DNA of 39,646 nucleotides, taken from assembly GCA_038734945.1 (NCBI GenBank), contig JAVYOA010000001.1, forward strand, positions 186,001-225,646. Direction: 5' to 3'. The notes below the pieces were generated by a model that did no database searches, was not told where the DNA came from, and saw only the letters and a program-made list of their open reading frames with translations. This document shows, in pieces, positions 18,556 through 27,209 of this stretch; positions within the stretch are counted from its first letter, which is position 1, and each line of letters begins with the position of its first letter. A program made the translations under genes and the position numbers. This stretch comes from Fervidicoccaceae archaeon (lineage in GTDB: Archaea; Thermoproteota; Thermoprotei_A; Sulfolobales; Fervidicoccaceae).

Positions 18556-19224
18556 CTATTCGATTTCACTGCTCTCAGGAAGCATGTTCAGCCGAGCTGC
18601 TGCCTCACCCCAAGGTGTTAGGGCTGGGTATCCCCTTCCCCTCTTCTCAACGAGGCCGATCTTTCTCAATCTGGAAATCCTATTGATAACTGTTTTCTCC
18701 CCAATGTGCAGCTTAGCAGCAATTTCCTTGTATGATGCCCTAGGAGACTCAAGAATTGCCTCTAGGATCTCTCCATCCTTTGTACCGAATCTGTTTATTA
18801 TAAAGTCTATAAAACCATATGGTATTCGAAGAGTTTCTGGACTGCCTTCTATGGCGCTCTCGATGCTGAACTTTTGCCCAGATGCCAAAGCAGAAAGAAG
18901 AACGAGAACCGATGCGCCTCTCATCCCTCCTCCAAGCTCAAGTATTAGATGTCTGTCCCCACATTCCTTCTTAATTACCTCTGTGAGCTTCACTATGCTT
19001 TCCCATGGTCTGTCAAAGTTCATATGAATTGTCGTCACGAGATTGTTGTCAAGACCAAGCTTGCTAGCAAAATGTTTGAACTCTTCTATGGCCTTAAGCG
19101 ATGTAGGATTTTCAGGACCACTAATAATTATAATTTTTTCCCCTTTTTTCACATAGCTGTCACTTATGCGCCTGAGCCCCACATCTGAATGAAAGCCTAT
19201 GTTTATGATAAAGCATCTCTCCAT
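18556..19224 (-). CDS. csa3: Csa3-like CARF + winged-HTH transcriptional regulator (orphan)
   Basis: FIINIGFH (CARF motif 1), LILELGGGMR (CARF motif 2) and a C-terminal wHTH (SYKEIAAKLHIGEKTVINRISRLRKIGLVEKRGRG...LTPWG). Start is 19224 or 19242. Confidence 0.82.
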   Translation of the reverse strand: MERCFIINIGFHSDVGLRRISDSYVKKGEKIIIISGPENPTSLKAIEEFKHFASKLGLDNNLVTTIHMNFDRPWESIVKLTEVIKKECGDRHLILELGGGMRGASVLVLLSALASGQKFSIESAIEGSPETLRIPYGFIDFIINRFGTKDGEILEAILESPRASYKEIAAKLHIGEKTVINRISRLRKIGLVEKRGRGYPALTPWGEAAARLNMLPESSEIE

Positions 19225-19394
19225 AGTTCCCACAATTCCCATTCTTTTCAGGGAAGTATTTAAATGCTTTAATAAATGACGTTTTCCTATAATAATGAGT
19301 ATTCTTCGGCAGAGAGCTCTTGGAGCTATTTAAAAGCTTTTACAGTAACTAAGAGCTAAATATTCAATTTAGTGCATATTATTGAGCAGTAAGC

Positions 19395-19697
19395 GTGATT
19401 AGAATGTCCCTGAAGGACGTTCTTGAGAGAGCCAGAGAAAAATACAACCTCTATAGAAAGCCCGAGGCAACTGCTGAGATAGTTAGCATAGATGAAAAGG
19501 AAGGGGTAGCAGAGATTAAAATTGTTGGAAGCTTCTGTAGAACCTGTGGAGTCGATGACTGGATTGAGGACTTCAGGATTCTGCTAGAGGATGAGGGAAT
19601 AACAGCAAAGCTTGAGGAGTACAGGATCGACTTCGAAGGCGAAGAAGCAAGGGCTAAGCTTAGAATAGAGTTGCCTCGAAGGATGAGGAGGCACTAG
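19395..19697 (+). CDS. Small conserved archaeal protein with CxxC, NifU-C-like
   Basis: YNLYRKPEATAE..., GSFCRTCGVDDWIEDF motifs. Confidence 0.6.
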   Translation: MIRMSLKDVLERAREKYNLYRKPEATAEIVSIDEKEGVAEIKIVGSFCRTCGVDDWIEDFRILLEDEGITAKLEEYRIDFEGEEARAKLRIELPRRMRRH

Positions 19698-19838
19698 TTG
19701 TATTGCAGAAGCACTTCAAATTCTCACAGCAGCTAAGAGTGAAAGCGATAAGCATTAAGGGAATCATAGTAATGCTGAGGAAAAATTTTTGAGGAAAAAT
19801 AAAAGAACGCAAAAATTTATGAAAAGAAGCTTTCTTTC

Positions 19839-20291
19839 TCAGGAGTGTGCCGTAACAGATATGATGGCGCTAGCTCCTGTTGGGGCAACAACCTTTATTG
19901 TGTAGACCTTTCCTGGAGTTATGGTGTTTCCTCCAGATGGTGTTAGGGAGGCAGATATCTGCTGCACCTGTCCCGAGCTTATTGTTATGCTCCCGGACTG
20001 CCCGCTAGCAATGAGAGACCCGCTCTGATTGTACACATAGATGCTGAAAGATCCGCTTAAGTCAGAGGAGCCTATGTTTCTAACGTAGAGACTAGCAACA
20101 GTCGTGCTCAGATCAGCAGCATCTATGGATATAGCGGAACCAACGTTTCCCGTGTTGAACTGTGTTGCAGAAGATGAGAGGCTGCTGACCCACACATACA
20201 GAACTGCTGCAGCTGCTATTGCTATGAGAATCAGGAGGAGGGTTGCAACTATTGGAGAAACCCCCCTCTTGACAAATCTCTTTCTCCCCAT
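19839..20291 (-). CDS. Archaeal type IV pilin (class III signal peptide)
   Basis: MGRKRFVKRG|VSPIVATLLLILIAIAAAAVLYVWV followed by an S/T-rich beta domain (LYVRNIGS, ITPGKVYTIKVV). Confidence 0.88.
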   Translation of the reverse strand: MGRKRFVKRGVSPIVATLLLILIAIAAAAVLYVWVSSLSSSATQFNTGNVGSAISIDAADLSTTVASLYVRNIGSSDLSGSFSIYVYNQSGSLIASGQSGSITISSGQVQQISASLTPSGGNTITPGKVYTIKVVAPTGASAIISVTAHS

Positions 20292-20430
20292 CAAAACATT
20301 CACCAATACTGCAATCAAAAATAAACGTGAGATTACAAAATAAATTTGATCCTGGTAAAACAAAAGTTTTCAGCGGAAAAAAATAATACCATTGAGCAGG
20401 GAAATCTCTCCTTAACATTGGGTGCTCAAT

Positions 20431-21033
20431 ATGAATTCTGTAACCATTGGAATAACAGGGGCCAGCGGAATAGTATATGGAATAAGGACTTTGGAAGAGC
20501 TTCTTGCCTCTGGAATGAATGTCTCTGTTATCTACACCAGCAGTGCTGAGAAAGTGGCTGAGTACGAGATAGGCAGGGATCTGAAGGATATCCTGGAAGA
20601 TCTATCGAAACGAAGCACTGGAAAAATGAAAGTTTACAGGGATAGAGATCTGGATGCTCCAATAGCGAGCTCCAGCAATATGGACGAAGCAGTTATAGTT
20701 GTTCCCTGCAGCATGAAGACCCTTGCTCAGATAGCATATGGCATTTCCAATAACTTGATCGTCAGAACCTCATTGAACGCGTTGAGAATGAAGAGACCCC
20801 TCGTTCTGGTTCCGAGGGAAACCCCGCTTGGCTATGTGGAGCTGAGAGCCATGCTCAGAGTCAGCGAGGCAGGAGCTATTGTTCTTCCAGCAATGCCTGC
20901 TTTCTATATAAGGCCAAAGAGCATAGATGACATGGTGAACTTCATTGTTGGAAAAGTCTTCGACACTCTCGGACTGAAGCACTCTCTCTACAGAAGGTGG
21001 GAAGGAAAAAGCGATAAGGAGGGGAGGTTCTGA
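20431..21033 (+). CDS. ubiX: Flavin prenyltransferase UbiX
   Basis: GITGASG, APIASSS, VPCSMKTLA, LVPRETP and PAMPAFY motifs. Confidence 0.93.
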   Translation: MNSVTIGITGASGIVYGIRTLEELLASGMNVSVIYTSSAEKVAEYEIGRDLKDILEDLSKRSTGKMKVYRDRDLDAPIASSSNMDEAVIVVPCSMKTLAQIAYGISNNLIVRTSLNALRMKRPLVLVPRETPLGYVELRAMLRVSEAGAIVLPAMPAFYIRPKSIDDMVNFIVGKVFDTLGLKHSLYRRWEGKSDKEGRF

Positions 21034-21095
21034 GCTAAGCTGTTTAAAAACCTGATGAGCCGAAGCATTTTAACCTGTGTGATGAAAATATTAAC

Positions 21096-21172
21096 TGCCC
21101 TGCCGAGAGAGAGCTCCGAGTAGACCCGAGAGAAGCGGGACTGTGATTCGGAGTGTTGTCGGCAGGGCAAAA
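21096..21172 (+). ncRNA. Candidate single-hairpin H/ACA-like guide RNA (or structured leader)
   Basis: Perfect 11-bp lower stem (21096-21106 / 21159-21169), internal loop GAGAGAG/TGTTG, upper stem CTCCGA/TCGGAG, K-turn-like GA-rich region, apical CCCG/CGGG stem and a 3' AAA. TTTTAA lies about 25-30 nt upstream. Confidence 0.55.
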
Positions 21173-21181
21173 GCTGGTGAT

Positions 21182-21919
21182 ATGCCGATGCCTGAGAGCG
21201 CCCTCAGCTTCGAGGGTGTTAGAAAGACCTTCTCCAAGAAAATTGCTCTCAATGGCGTTAGCTTCTTCGTTGGAAGGGGAGAAATTGTTGCTCTTCTTGG
21301 TCCAAACGGCTCTGGAAAAACCACGAGCCTGAGAATAGCTGCTGGTCTCCTTTCTCCAGATGAGGGGAGGGCATTGGTATTTGGAAGACCTGCGGGAAGT
21401 GATGAGGCGAGGAGGATGGTTGCCTATCTTCCTGAGGATGCCGGCCTGTACGAGAGGCTTAGTGGGTGGGAGAACCTACTCTTCTATGCAATGATGTTCT
21501 TTGGAAGAGGAGAAAAGGCTCTAAAGATTGCGGAGGAAGGGGCCAAGCTTGCAGGCCTCGGAGAAGATTTGAATAGACCAACTGGGGTGATGAGCAAGGG
21601 TATGAGGAGAAGAATCGCCCTTGCCAGGACCTTAATGCTCAAAACTCCCCTCGTTTTGCTGGATGAACCCACGAGCGGCTTGGACGTCTTTTCAGCAGTT
21701 GAGGTTAGGAGGGTAATTAAGGAACATGCAGAGAGGACGGGGATCTCAGTTCTAATGAGCAGTCACAACATGCTGGAGGTGGAGAGGCTCTGCGATAGAG
21801 TTGTTCTCATGCATGGAGGAAAGGTGATTGCTGATGGGAGGCCAAGGGATATCGTGGAAATGCAGGGTGTAGGAGATCTTGAGGAGGCTTTCGTAAAAAT
21901 TCTTGAAAAAGGGAAGTGA
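21182..21919 (+). CDS. natA: ABC exporter ATPase (NatA-like)
   Basis: GPNGSGKTT, MSKGMRRR, LLDEPTSGLD and SSH motifs. ATG 21182 follows GGTGA. Confidence 0.85.
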   Translation: MPMPESALSFEGVRKTFSKKIALNGVSFFVGRGEIVALLGPNGSGKTTSLRIAAGLLSPDEGRALVFGRPAGSDEARRMVAYLPEDAGLYERLSGWENLLFYAMMFFGRGEKALKIAEEGAKLAGLGEDLNRPTGVMSKGMRRRIALARTLMLKTPLVLLDEPTSGLDVFSAVEVRRVIKEHAERTGISVLMSSHNMLEVERLCDRVVLMHGGKVIADGRPRDIVEMQGVGDLEEAFVKILEKGK

Positions 21920-23175
21920 AGCTCTCCATGGATGTCTATGCAGTTCTTTGGAAGGAGCTGAAAGATCTATCAAGGGATAGGAGGACATTGATAGCTGTTG
22001 TTATCCTCCCTCTTCTCTCGCTTCCACTGCTCGGAGCAGTAACGCTCGCAGTTTACAGGACGCAGCCTATAGCATTTGCTTTAGTCAATGGGGACGGGAG
22101 CAGCATATCCAGTGAAATTGAGGATCAACTGAAACAGCTGATCCTCATCTCAGCTCAAGCTTCTGGTCAGAGAGCTGAGATCTATGAGGAGGGAAGCCTC
22201 GAGAGTGCATTGAAGAATCCGCTGCTCGACTATGTTGTTTACATCCCACCTGGCTTCGGAAAAAACGCGAGTAGTGTTGATTATGTTGCTTATCTGGAGG
22301 GATTCAAGAGAGCAGACACTGCGAGAGCCGATACTGCTCAGAGCATCTTCTTCAGCGCTGTCAGCTATCTCTCATCCTCAATAGCACAGCAGAGGATCGA
22401 GGTTCTACTGAAGGAAGCCAATTTGACGGCAGCCCCAGAGGTAATAATGCAGCCGGTTAGGGTCAAGCAGAGCTCATATGTTTCCGGGGGCGGACAGGCT
22501 CCTCCAAATGCTGAGGAGCTCAACTACACTGCAAGAATGCTTGCCTTTGCCCTCTTCTTCGTGACTACCCCCGCACTGAGCTACATGGTTGACAGTATTA
22601 TGGGGGAAAAAGAGAGGAAGACGATAGAGTCCCTTCTTTCCCTCCCAGTCAGCAGGAAGTCTCTGCTCGGAGGAAAGATCATGGCGAGCAGTATAATAGG
22701 TATATTGGCAGGAGCGGCAGATGTGGCAGGAGTAGTTCTATATTTCTATCTCATATCATTGGCTTTTGGAGGCGGAGGCGTATTTCTAGACCTGGGCCTT
22801 ATAGCAGTGCACAGCCTGGATGTTGCAATAACGGCTTTTGCCACCTGCGCTATGGTCTCCCCGCTCATAATAAGCTCGAGGAGCTCCAGGGGGGCAAATG
22901 CTACAACTGCAGCAGTAACTGGGCTGGCAATTATAATATTCTTCCTTGCCCTTCTAGCAGATGTGAGCAGGCTCCCATCATATGCCTACTACCCTCTCCT
23001 TCTGATCCCCTACATGAACAGTGTCATGGTTCTATTGTCCTATGTTCAGGGTTCAATGCTTTCCTTGGCGCTCCATCTTCTCCTCCTCTTAGGAGAGACT
23101 GCACTCCTCTACGCACTTGCCTTCAGAATGTTCAAGCCGGAGTCCCTTCTTATGCCTCCAATTGGAGAGGAATGA
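21916..23175 (+). CDS. natB: ABC-2 permease (NatB-like Na+ efflux)
   Basis: WKELKDLSRDRRTL and DSIMGEKERKTIESLLSLPVSR...GK are NatB-type motifs. Confidence 0.75.
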   Translation: MKLSMDVYAVLWKELKDLSRDRRTLIAVVILPLLSLPLLGAVTLAVYRTQPIAFALVNGDGSSISSEIEDQLKQLILISAQASGQRAEIYEEGSLESALKNPLLDYVVYIPPGFGKNASSVDYVAYLEGFKRADTARADTAQSIFFSAVSYLSSSIAQQRIEVLLKEANLTAAPEVIMQPVRVKQSSYVSGGGQAPPNAEELNYTARMLAFALFFVTTPALSYMVDSIMGEKERKTIESLLSLPVSRKSLLGGKIMASSIIGILAGAADVAGVVLYFYLISLAFGGGGVFLDLGLIAVHSLDVAITAFATCAMVSPLIISSRSSRGANATTAAVTGLAIIIFFLALLADVSRLPSYAYYPLLLIPYMNSVMVLLSYVQGSMLSLALHLLLLLGETALLYALAFRMFKPESLLMPPIGEE

Positions 23176-23257
23176 AAAGATTTTGCAAATATTTGTTGCA
23201 AATTAATGATAAAAACTATATAATCCTCTTGGATCTAGGAATTAGGGAGAATTAAGT

Positions 23258-23695
23258 ATGGTGGGCTTAATGCTTGGCCTGTACCCATTTATGCTGAGTC
23301 TTGCTGACCCGGGCTCAGGGCCTTCAACGTCGAATCTCATTAGCTACATAATCGTTTTCATCATAATAGGAGCCCTGTTTGCTGTAATAAGGCTCGCATG
23401 TCCGCCTTGCAGAGAAGCACAGAGAGCGGAAGCCCCTCCGGCACAGCCACCGCAAGTCCCCATAGCTCCAGCAGCACCAGCGGAGCCCAAAGCACTAATT
23501 TCTCCAGAGTTGCTCGCAGCAGCTGTGGTAGCCGTGCATTCTTATTTGAAGAAGGAAAAAACAGAAGCTCCCTCTCAATTCATGAAAAACATGATCTCGA
23601 AGACCTCGGTTGCTGTGAGCGGATGGGTCATGAGCGAGAGGATGAATCCCCATTTCAGGGAGGATCCTCATTTCAGAGAGAAAATTCATTCCTAG
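23258..23695 (+). CDS. mmdD: OadG/MmdD-like membrane anchor subunit of Na+-translocating decarboxylase
   Basis: TM helix, Pro/Ala linker, ELLAAAVVAVHSY and S.W motifs; operon context. Confidence 0.7.
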   Translation: MVGLMLGLYPFMLSLADPGSGPSTSNLISYIIVFIIIGALFAVIRLACPPCREAQRAEAPPAQPPQVPIAPAAPAEPKALISPELLAAAVVAVHSYLKKEKTEAPSQFMKNMISKTSVAVSGWVMSERMNPHFREDPHFREKIHS

Positions 23696-23712
23696 CTGTG
23701 AGGTGAGATTGA

Positions 23713-24213
23713 TTGAGCGAGTATAAGGTAAGGGTCAACGGTAAGGAATACATCGTGAGGATTTTGGGAGAGAAGGAAGGAAAAATCGAGGTTGAAGTTG
23801 AGGGAACAAGGCTGAGCGTTAGCGTCGAAGCGTTTGCCCAGTCCCGTGCAGAGAAAAATGAAACAATTCGGAGAGAGGCCCCATCAGCTTCCCAGCTAAC
23901 TCCTCCAGTTCAGACTCCCGAAGTTTCAGCACAGGCAGCAGTCCCTAAGACCCCATCTCCTATAACTACAGTTCCATCTTCACAACCAGCTCCACCTGTA
24001 GGGGGAGTTGTGCTCAACAGAGTTCCCGGTAAGGTTAAGGAAATCAAGGTAGCTGAGGGACAGCGTGTAGAGGCCGGTCAAACAGTTGTTGTCATAGAGT
24101 CAATGAAGATGGACATAGAGATAAGGTCGAACAGGTCTGGGATAGTGAAGGCAATATACGTTAAGCCCGGTCAATTTGCTCAGAAAGAAGCTCCCCTACT
24201 TTTAGTTGAGTGA
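23713..24213 (+). CDS. mmdC: Biotin carboxyl carrier subunit
   Basis: YKVRVNGKEY N-terminus, Pro/Ala linker and biotinylation motif ESMKM. Confidence 0.9.
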   Translation: MSEYKVRVNGKEYIVRILGEKEGKIEVEVEGTRLSVSVEAFAQSRAEKNETIRREAPSASQLTPPVQTPEVSAQAAVPKTPSPITTVPSSQPAPPVGGVVLNRVPGKVKEIKVAEGQRVEAGQTVVVIESMKMDIEIRSNRSGIVKAIYVKPGQFAQKEAPLLLVE

Positions 24214-24230
24214 GCTAGAAGGGATAAGCC

Positions 24231-24356
24231 ATGAACCTTTGGTTATTTGCTGTGTTGGTCTACATAGCTCTCTTCGTTATATCACTGACAATAGCATTCA
24301 TAATCGATACCATCAGGATTTTCCTGAGAAGGGTCATGAGCAGAGGGAAGAAATAA
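24231..24356 (+). CDS. Unannotated 41-aa single-TM microprotein within the decarboxylase operon
   Basis: MNLWLFAVLVYIALFVISLTIAFIIDTIRIFLRRVMSRGKK*. AAGGGA SD; fills the gap, and its TAA is 1 nt before the next ATG. Confidence 0.7.
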   Translation: MNLWLFAVLVYIALFVISLTIAFIIDTIRIFLRRVMSRGKK

Positions 24357-24357
24357 C

Positions 24358-25542
24358 ATGATTCCAATCGATTTCTCACAGGCAATACCCCTATTATCAC
24401 TTCCAACAGAAGAAATTCTCATAAGGCTGTTCCTCATAGTTGGAGGAATACTGGTCATCTATGGTGGGATCAAGGAAATACTTGAGCCCCTGATAATGAT
24501 ACCTTTTGGTCTTGGAGTTGCTTCGGCAAATGCTGCCTATCTAGCGCTGAAGGTCAATGGAGTAGTGCTCAACAATCCGCATGTTGCCTGGAACCTGACC
24601 GGGTATGAGTGGATACAGTACTTCTGGCTTCAACCCATCTACAATTTCACATTCATGACCGGACTCATCGCAGCTCTAGTCTTCATGGGAATAGGGGTTT
24701 TGACGGATATATCTTTTCTGTTAGCCCGTCCATATGTTAGCATGATACTGGCTGCTTTCGCAGAGCTGGGAACAGTTTTCACATTCCCAATTGCTACCTA
24801 TTTGGGACTTACCCCGAAGCAGGCTGCATCCGTAGCACTAATAGGAGGGGCAGACGGTCCAATAGTGCTGTTCTCCTCAACAGTCCTAGCACCGGAGCTT
24901 TTCATACCTATAACCGTTGTAGGTTATCTGTATCTGAGCTTGCTATATCTGTATCACGAGAAGCTCGCTGAAATAGTGATACCGAAGTCTATGGCATCTA
25001 GGATTATGCCTCCATCTAGCGTTCAGGTCGGAAAAGCTGAAAAGATAGCCTTTGCAATAATAGTGCCAGTGCTGCTTAGCGCAATATTCCCATCAGCTTC
25101 TCCATTACTCCTCGCATTCTTCATTGGAGTATTGATAAGGGAGGTTGGCAATGAGAGATATGTGAAGCTGCTGGATGAAGTCATTCTGAGCGTCTCGACA
25201 TTCTTTCTGGCTCTCGTCCTTGGAGTATCAACAACCAGCAGTGATATAATGGATCCAGTTGTTGGAAAGATATTACTCCTAGGAATTACAGCGCTTTTCC
25301 TATCCAGCCTTGGAGGAATGATAGGAGGAATAATATTGAGCTATATAAGCAAGGGAAAGCTGAACCCCCTACTTGGAGTGGCTGGAGTGTCATGCGTTCC
25401 CACAACCGCAAAGCTAGCACAGAAGCTCGCCTTTAAGCTGAACCCGGAAAACTACATGATAATGGAGCTAATGGGTCCAAATGTTGCCGGAGTTATTACC
25501 ACAGCTATAGTTGCTGCTCTATATCTCTCTGCTCTCATGTGA
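24358..25542 (+). CDS. mmdB: Na+-translocating decarboxylase beta subunit (OadB/MmdB)
   Basis: EPLIMIPFG, FMGIGVLTD, AELG, IGGADGP, NPLLGVAGVSCVPTTAK and GPNVAGVI motifs. Confidence 0.93.
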   Translation: MIPIDFSQAIPLLSLPTEEILIRLFLIVGGILVIYGGIKEILEPLIMIPFGLGVASANAAYLALKVNGVVLNNPHVAWNLTGYEWIQYFWLQPIYNFTFMTGLIAALVFMGIGVLTDISFLLARPYVSMILAAFAELGTVFTFPIATYLGLTPKQAASVALIGGADGPIVLFSSTVLAPELFIPITVVGYLYLSLLYLYHEKLAEIVIPKSMASRIMPPSSVQVGKAEKIAFAIIVPVLLSAIFPSASPLLLAFFIGVLIREVGNERYVKLLDEVILSVSTFFLALVLGVSTTSSDIMDPVVGKILLLGITALFLSSLGGMIGGIILSYISKGKLNPLLGVAGVSCVPTTAKLAQKLAFKLNPENYMIMELMGPNVAGVITTAIVAALYLSALM

Positions 25543-25631
25543 CTTTTTTGAGCGTAAAGGCAAAATTAATAATCTTTTGTTAAGATAAAAAATTTAAAAA
25601 TTTATGCACGGAGATATGGATGGTGAATAGG

Positions 25632-27200
25632 ATGGGAAAAGAGGAGCTTTACAAGCAGCTCATTTCTAAAAGGGAAGAGGCACTTCTAGGAGGAGGAAGA
25701 GAGGCAATAGATAAGCAGCACAAGGAAGGGAAGATGACTGCGAGGGAGAGAATAGAATACCTCCTCGACCAGGGAAGCTTCACAGAGATCGACATGTTTG
25801 TGACTCACAGAGCAACTGGATTCGGAATGGAAAAGAGATATGGACTTGGAGACGGCGTAGTAACAGGCTTCGGAAGGATAGGAGGGAGACCTGTATTCAT
25901 AGCTGCCCAGGACTTCACATTCATGGGGGGAAGCCTTGGAGAGAAGCAGGCTGAGAAGATAGTAAAAACCATGAGAACAGCATTGAGTGTAGGAGCCCCA
26001 ATGATATTTCTGAATGATAGCGGAGGAGCTAGAATTCAAGAAGGAGTTGACAGCCTAAAGGGGTATGGGGACATATTCTACATGAACGTTATGTCCAGCG
26101 GCATTATTCCCCAGATCGCAGCCATAATGGGTCCATGTGCAGGGGGGGCCGTTTACAGTCCAGCACTCATGGACTTCATATTGATGACGGATAGGACAAG
26201 TTACATGTTCATAACTGGTCCAAGGGTAGTCAAGGCCGCTCTAGGAGAGGAAGTTGACGAGCAGTCCCTTGGAGGAGCTGAGGTTCATGCTTCAAAGAGC
26301 GGCATAGCCAGCCTTGTAGGAAAGGATGATAGGGAAACTCTCGATTTAATAAAAAAACTCCTTAGCTACATTCCAAGCAACAATACAGAGGACCCCCCAT
26401 ACATAAAGACCGAGGATCCCATTGAGAGGCAGGACCAGGAGCTTGATGCTCTTCTTCCAGATGATCCTGACAAGCCATATGATGTGAAGGAGGTAATAGA
26501 AAAGGTATTCGACAGAGGCAGCTTCTTCGAGATATTTCCTCACTGGGCTCCAAATGCTGTTGTCGGTTTTGCGAGGCTTGGGGGTAGGACTGTAGGTGTA
26601 GTTGCAAATCAGCCAAACTACATGGGAGGATCCCTGGACATTGACTCAAGTGATAAGATAGCTAGGTTCGTCAGGTTCCTCGATTCATTTAACATTCCCA
26701 TAGTAACATTCGTCGATGTTCCAGGATTCATGCCAGGAACTACACAGGAGCATGGCGGAATCATAAGGCATGGAGCAAAGATACTGTTCGCATATAGCGA
26801 AGCTACAGTTCCAAAGCTCACTGTTATATTAAGAAAAGCATACGGAGGAGCATATATAGCCATGGGGAGCAGGCATCTGGGAGCAGATTACGTTGTAGCA
26901 TGGCCAACTGCTGAAATAGCTGTGATGGGGCCTTCAGGAGCAGTGGAGATTCTTTACAGAAAAGAAATCTCTCAGATAGCGGATGCCGAGGAGAGAAAGA
27001 GATTTCTTGAAAAGATAACACAGGAATACAAGGAGAAGCTGGCCACTCCGTACATGGCAGCAGCTAGAGGGTATATAGATGATGTTGTCCTGCCGAGAGA
27101 AACGAGGGAAAGGCTCTACAGGGCTCTCGAAGTCCTATCTACAAAGAGGGAAGTGAGGGTCAGAACCCCTCCGAAAAAGCATGGGAATATGCCTGTGTGA
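25632..27200 (+). CDS. mmdA: Acyl-CoA carboxyltransferase (methylmalonyl-CoA decarboxylase alpha-like)
   Basis: GKMTARERI, DSGGARIQEG, GPCAGGAVYSPAL, DVPGFMPG and RKAYGGAY motifs; C-terminal PKKHGNMP. Confidence 0.9.
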   Translation: MGKEELYKQLISKREEALLGGGREAIDKQHKEGKMTARERIEYLLDQGSFTEIDMFVTHRATGFGMEKRYGLGDGVVTGFGRIGGRPVFIAAQDFTFMGGSLGEKQAEKIVKTMRTALSVGAPMIFLNDSGGARIQEGVDSLKGYGDIFYMNVMSSGIIPQIAAIMGPCAGGAVYSPALMDFILMTDRTSYMFITGPRVVKAALGEEVDEQSLGGAEVHASKSGIASLVGKDDRETLDLIKKLLSYIPSNNTEDPPYIKTEDPIERQDQELDALLPDDPDKPYDVKEVIEKVFDRGSFFEIFPHWAPNAVVGFARLGGRTVGVVANQPNYMGGSLDIDSSDKIARFVRFLDSFNIPIVTFVDVPGFMPGTTQEHGGIIRHGAKILFAYSEATVPKLTVILRKAYGGAYIAMGSRHLGADYVVAWPTAEIAVMGPSGAVEILYRKEISQIADAEERKRFLEKITQEYKEKLATPYMAAARGYIDDVVLPRETRERLYRALEVLSTKREVRVRTPPKKHGNMPV

Positions 27201-27209
27201 ATTTTTATT

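Noticed and set aside
18100..19400. CRISPR array near csa3
   Set aside because: No regularly spaced 24-37 bp direct repeats seen here or elsewhere in the window.
20431..21033. ubiX without an adjacent ubiD
   Set aside because: Unlinked ubiX is common in archaea; partners such as UbiD-family decarboxylases of the modified mevalonate pathway are often elsewhere.
21050..21100. Two TGATGA boxes upstream of the hairpin as a C/D sRNA
   Set aside because: No proper CTGA D box at the right spacing, and the AT-rich 'guides' look like promoter sequence.
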